Assembly (NCBI GenBank): GCA_964016885.1
Contig: OZ024742.1
Location: 60,326,001 to 60,390,000 of the forward strand
Length of the DNA stretch: 64,000 nt
Source of the DNA: Eledone cirrhosa
Taxonomy: Eukaryota
Direction of reading: 5' to 3'
Shown here: piece after piece, positions 59,501 through 64,000 of the stretch
Numbering within the stretch: the stretch's first letter is position 1
Layout of the letters: each line of letters opens with the position of its first letter
Made by a program: the position numbers and the translations under genes
Notes under the pieces: model-generated
Seen by the model: the letters and a program-made list of their open reading frames with translations, nothing else
Databases searched by the model: none
What the model was told of the DNA's origin: nothing

Positions 59501-61051
59501 TTCTGTCCCGCCTGGACCCCGTGGCGGACTAACCTTTTAACAGTCAGTAGTAAATAGAAATCTCACTTACACACTCATTAAACAATGATAATACATTACA
59601 ATAATGTCAGACACTATGTGTAAGCAACGCCTTCACACAAAGATCACCCCTATCTCTCTCTCTCCCTCCTCATTTCCCTTTCTTCCTCGCTCCTCTCTCA
59701 CATTCTCCCTCTGAGTCCATAACACATTCTAAGTTGCTTATATATTTCTTACTGATAACATCTGTGTACACTTCTTTCATAAGTATTAAAACCTAATTCC
59801 ACAAGATACAGCGTTCGACACAATGTGGTTGGTATGCTTTTCCCCATTTCTTATTTTCTTATTTCTTAATCTGCTTTAATACAGGGATCTATTCGAAACA
59901 TCATATCCCCTCTTTCCTTTCTCTGAGGCATAAATATTTACACAGCTCGCGCGATATTCTTATATTTGTGCAAATATGTTTCAAACATGTTTCCTATTTT
60001 CCCATTTTTGTTTAATGTGCTTTTAAAATTTACATATTACTTGTTTGCAACACACATCTCTTGTGTCGTGCTGCCCTGTATATACACAAACACTACAGAC
60101 GCACAAATATATATATACTAACATTAAAGCTCGGCGTTGCTCGGGGTCAGTAAGTTACCAAAGTCAGGTTGCACCACCCATTTTATGGCAGCACTTTTTT
60201 GTCTGCCAGGCACTGGGTGAATGAATTGCAGACCTGGACTGCCGAAGCAGGAGCTGCGCCAGCAGTGACAATTGTAGTTTCGCCTATGGATATTATCTAT
60301 GTGCAAAGAAGTGTTGAAATTTATTGTTTCACAGTACTTGCGCAACACGCGCGTAGACGATGCCAGCCGAACAACAGAGCTGCGATGGAGTTGTTCTGCA
60401 TGGTTGTCTAATGTGTGTTTTCTAAATTTAAGACATTAGGGAGGGGTGTGATATGGGGGAGAGTTAGCTACTGTTTCTAGCAGGTTTAGTGACCTCATAG
60501 AGGATATTGTGTATAGTAAATAAACTGATACTTCTTTCTTCCACGTTCGTTGAGAGATGTTTTAAAAAAGATTTATCGCCATTTTTTTTTTGTTGTTGAA
60601 TAAATTTATATGTTGCTTTTGAATAATTGTTGTTTTGGTATGAAATGTAATAAGTTCTCTTCGTTGTCATTGAAGTAAATAAATGTTTGACCGTTCCACA
60701 TTCAAAATCAAACGTTTTCTCTCTCTCTCTCTCTCTCTCTCCTTCATTCCTTTCTCTCTTCTTGCTTCCGAGTTCCTAAAGGAAGTTTGTAAGGAATGGG
60801 TTTAAGCGTATATAAGAGAAATTTGCCGCATGTATGTAGTTTTATCGAATTTTAAAGGGAGTAGAGAGAGGGATTTGAGATTGTATTAGAGGGGTAAAGC
60901 GTCATGTATTTAGTTTATCGATTATTTCCGTAAGTGTGGGTGAGTTGGAAAAAAATAAATAGTCGTTGATCTAAGTTAGACCATTTACAACATTCATACA
61001 GACTTTGAGTCGAATCTGTTTGAACAATCTGCCTTTTATAGATATTGATAT

Positions 61052-61335
61052 ATAATACAAGGACGATTTGTTAAGCCTTCATTACGTTTAATGGTTGGTA
61101 ACGTGCGTTTAGCTATTGATTAGCTCAAGGTACGATATGTATCGATCTGGCCCGACTCTGCAATCAAAAGCTCGTCGGACATCTGCTGTCATTGCAACAG
61201 TAGAGGTCCAACGAGCTTTTGATTCTAGAGTCGGGCCAGATCGATACAGATCGAACCTTTAACTGATCAATAGCGAAACCAACGTCACCAATCATTAAAC
61301 GTAATGAAGACTTATCAAGTCGTTTTTGTATTATT
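61052..61335. repeat. About 285-bp imperfect palindrome with a very short loop (MITE/fold-back-like)
   Basis: Arms pair from ATAATACAA to TTGTATTAT, centre near 61192. Confidence 0.88.
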
Positions 61336-61344
61336 ATATTACAC

Positions 61345-61445
61345 TCTTTCATCCTTACGGGGTCTATAAAATAAAGTACCAATAATGCACTGGAATACCA
61401 TAATTGTTCGCTTTGTGCCTAAAGTAGAAACAATTATTATATTAC
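61345..61445 (+). mobile_element. Family-1 SINE 3' half
   Basis: Core motif plus GTAGAAACAATTATTAT. Confidence 0.8.
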
Positions 61446-61538
61446 ACTCTGTTTAGCTCTACACCTTGATACTGACGTGAACCTAAACATCGACTGTTCA
61501 CCTGGGTGAACCTACGAAAATTTCACGTTACACTCCCT

Positions 61539-61603
<65 letters not shown>

Positions 61604-61906
61604 TAGGTTCGTATTTTACCTATTCCAGGGAGGCTAATTCTACCATGATGAAGCTGCACTTATCGAATTACGTAATGGTTAATAGCATAGCCTAATTTCT
61701 GTGCACGCCAGTTCTATGTGGACTGTTGCCAGCAGATGAGGTAGCAGAAACTAATGCACCAGTCCGAGGCCAGAAAAGTTTTCAACCCGCATGAAATCGT
61801 TCTTCGCACTATTTCACATATTAGTGCGCACTCAACTTTCCTTTGTTTGGTATCATAATGATACTGAGTTAATTAAAGCATATATGTACACACACATAGA
61901 CACATG

Positions 61907-61949
<43 letters not shown>

Positions 61950-62299
61950 GTATGTATATATATATATATACACACACACACGCATATCCATATGCATATG
62001 TACGTATGGGGTATATCAAATATCAATAATAATATTCGATTCATTTGTAAACAAACGCCCTCATTAAAACTGTGCCGTGCGGATGACAAATCGTCAACTG
62101 TTTGTTCAACACTGGCATTGAGGAACAATCAACATGTTTCTGGGTCATTAACCTTTATCAGGACTATATACCTCTGCCAAATTGTTGAACTGTTAAAAAC
62201 ATATACTATTTTCTTAAGTGCACATAGGCTGAGTAGCCTCATTTGCATACAGTTTGTACATGCGAAACGTTTGTGCAAAATAAATTCCCAAGCACTTGT

Positions 62300-62795
62300 C
62301 TGTAGAGCAATTTTGGGGTTTGCTAGAAAGATACGAAATCGAACCAACTTTCTTGTATACAGGAATAACAGGAGATGAATCATGGAAGTTTGACTACGAT
62401 CCAAAGATAAAATGGTTAAGTCAGGAGTGGCACACGAAAACTCCTCGTCCGATAACAGCACGCATGAGGAAATCCAGGGTGAAAACGATGATTATCATTT
62501 TTATTTTCGACAGCCGTGGTATTGTTCACAAGGATGTTTTAAATCCACAACATACTGTTAATCGCACCTTCTACAATGATGTCTTGAAATGATTTCGAGA
62601 ACGGCTTCAGCAAGTCCGAAATGACACTGCAGGAGATTGGATGCTGTACTACCAGAATGCATCTACTCACACGACCATCTAATTAGAGAAATTCTGGCGC
62701 AGGAAATCATTCCCACATTTCCACATACTAAGTGTACCCTAGATATATCTACCTTTTCCATAGGTTGAAATCGAAGTTGAACGACCATACTTTGC
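62300..62795 (+). mobile_element. Decayed mariner transposase catalytic-domain fragment
   Basis: ITGDESW..YDP..SQEW..KSRVKTM..FDSRGIVH..TVN..FY..VL; stops downstream; no TIRs seen. Confidence 0.85.
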
Positions 62796-62797
62796 AG

Positions 62798-62849
<52 letters not shown>

Positions 62850-62859
<10 letters not shown>

Positions 62860-63925
62860 ATGTAAATATAATGTATTTTGCAATACACTTTATGCTTAAT
62901 TAAAAGCATTTTGAAGACCGTAAGCTATTGTTTTAAAGTAGTGACAAATTCACTCACTTCGATCTCAGCAAACAGGAGGAGATAAGCCGACATGACATGT
63001 TTCGCTTTTGTTGAAGCTTATCAAGGCCAACTACCCCGCCCGTCTGCTGAGATTAATGATGTTATATTCTTATAGAAATCTAGTAAATAATCAGGAGCTG
63101 ATTATGCAGAGCGGTTGTAGTTGGCCTTGATAAGCTTCAACAAAAGCGAAACATGTCATGTCGGCTTATCTCCTCCTGTTTGCTGAGATCGAAGTGAGTG
63201 AATTTGTCACTACTTTAAAACAATAGCTTACGGTCTTCAAAATGCTTTTAATTAAGCATAAAGTGTATTGCAAAATACATTATATTTACATCCATATATA
63301 TATTGCTATTTCAGAGCTACAATTCTAATTTTTAATTTCTGCCTGACCAACAACCGCTCTGCATAATCAGCTCCTGATTATTTACTAGATTTCTATAAGA
63401 ATATAACATCATTAATCTCAGCAGACGGGCGGGGTAGTTGGCCTTGATAAGCTTCAACAAAAGCGAAACATGTCATGTCGGCTTATCTCCTCCTGTTTGC
63501 TGAGATCGAAGTGAGTGAATTTGTCACTACTTTAAAACAATAGCTTACGGTCTTCAAAATGCTTTTAATTAAGCATAAAGTGTATTGCAAAATACATTAT
63601 ATTTACATCCATATATATATTGCTATTTCAGAGCTACAATTCTAATTTTTAATTTCTGCCTGACCAACAACCGCTCTGCATAATCAGCTCCTGATTATTT
63701 ACTAGATTTCTATAAGAATATAACATCATTAATCTCAGCAGACGGGCGGGGTAGTTGGCCTTGATAAGCTTCAACAAAAGCGAAACATGTCATGTCGGCT
63801 TATCTCCTCCTGTTTGCTGAGATCGAAGTGAGTGAATTTGTCACTACTTTAAAACAATAGCTTACGGTCTTCAAAATGCTTTTAATTAAGCATAAAGTGT
63901 ATTGCAAAATACATTATATTTACAT

Positions 63926-63935
<10 letters not shown>
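62850..63935 (+). mobile_element. Hammerhead-containing 317-bp tandem repeat (retrozyme-like) with 5' inverted segment
   Basis: Units start at 63117, 63434 and 63751; 62850-63116 is the reverse complement of the unit; (TA)n on both sides. Confidence 0.85.
63123..63166 (+). ncRNA. Type I hammerhead, U3-A8 variant (copies 63440-63483 and 63757-63800; antisense 62985-63028)
   Basis: GGCC-UUGAUAA-GCUU caacaa AAGC-GAAA-CAU guc AUG-UC^GGCU. Confidence 0.7.

Positions 63936-64000
<65 letters not shown>

Overview
AT-rich animal genomic DNA, not prokaryotic. It is probably cephalopod or other mollusc, inferred only from the SINE and microsatellite content. No intact host gene is recognisable, and most ORF-track entries are microsatellite artefacts. 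The window is a retroelement cluster with these parts: (i) a head-to-tail array of Tx1-like LINEs joined by (ATT)n tracts (10955-25806), abutting an R4/Dong-like RLE LINE; (ii) three Penelope-like element (PLE) remnants with direct and inverted pseudo-LTRs; (iii) more than 10 copies of a tRNA-derived SINE whose 3' end resembles the Tx1 3' end; (iv) a 34-bp satellite with an LTR-like insert; (v) mariner and CRE fragments. The most notable signal is several unrelated short non-coding elements, embedded in (TA)n, that carry minimal type I hammerhead ribozyme motifs. These include a young 317-bp tandem unit with one hammerhead per unit (62850-63935), which resembles a circRNA-producing retrozyme. 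A second notable signal is a consensus 52-nt GT-AG interval that would fuse Tx1 ORF1 and ORF2 in frame. All folds and alignments were done by eye, and boundaries are approximate unless stated.
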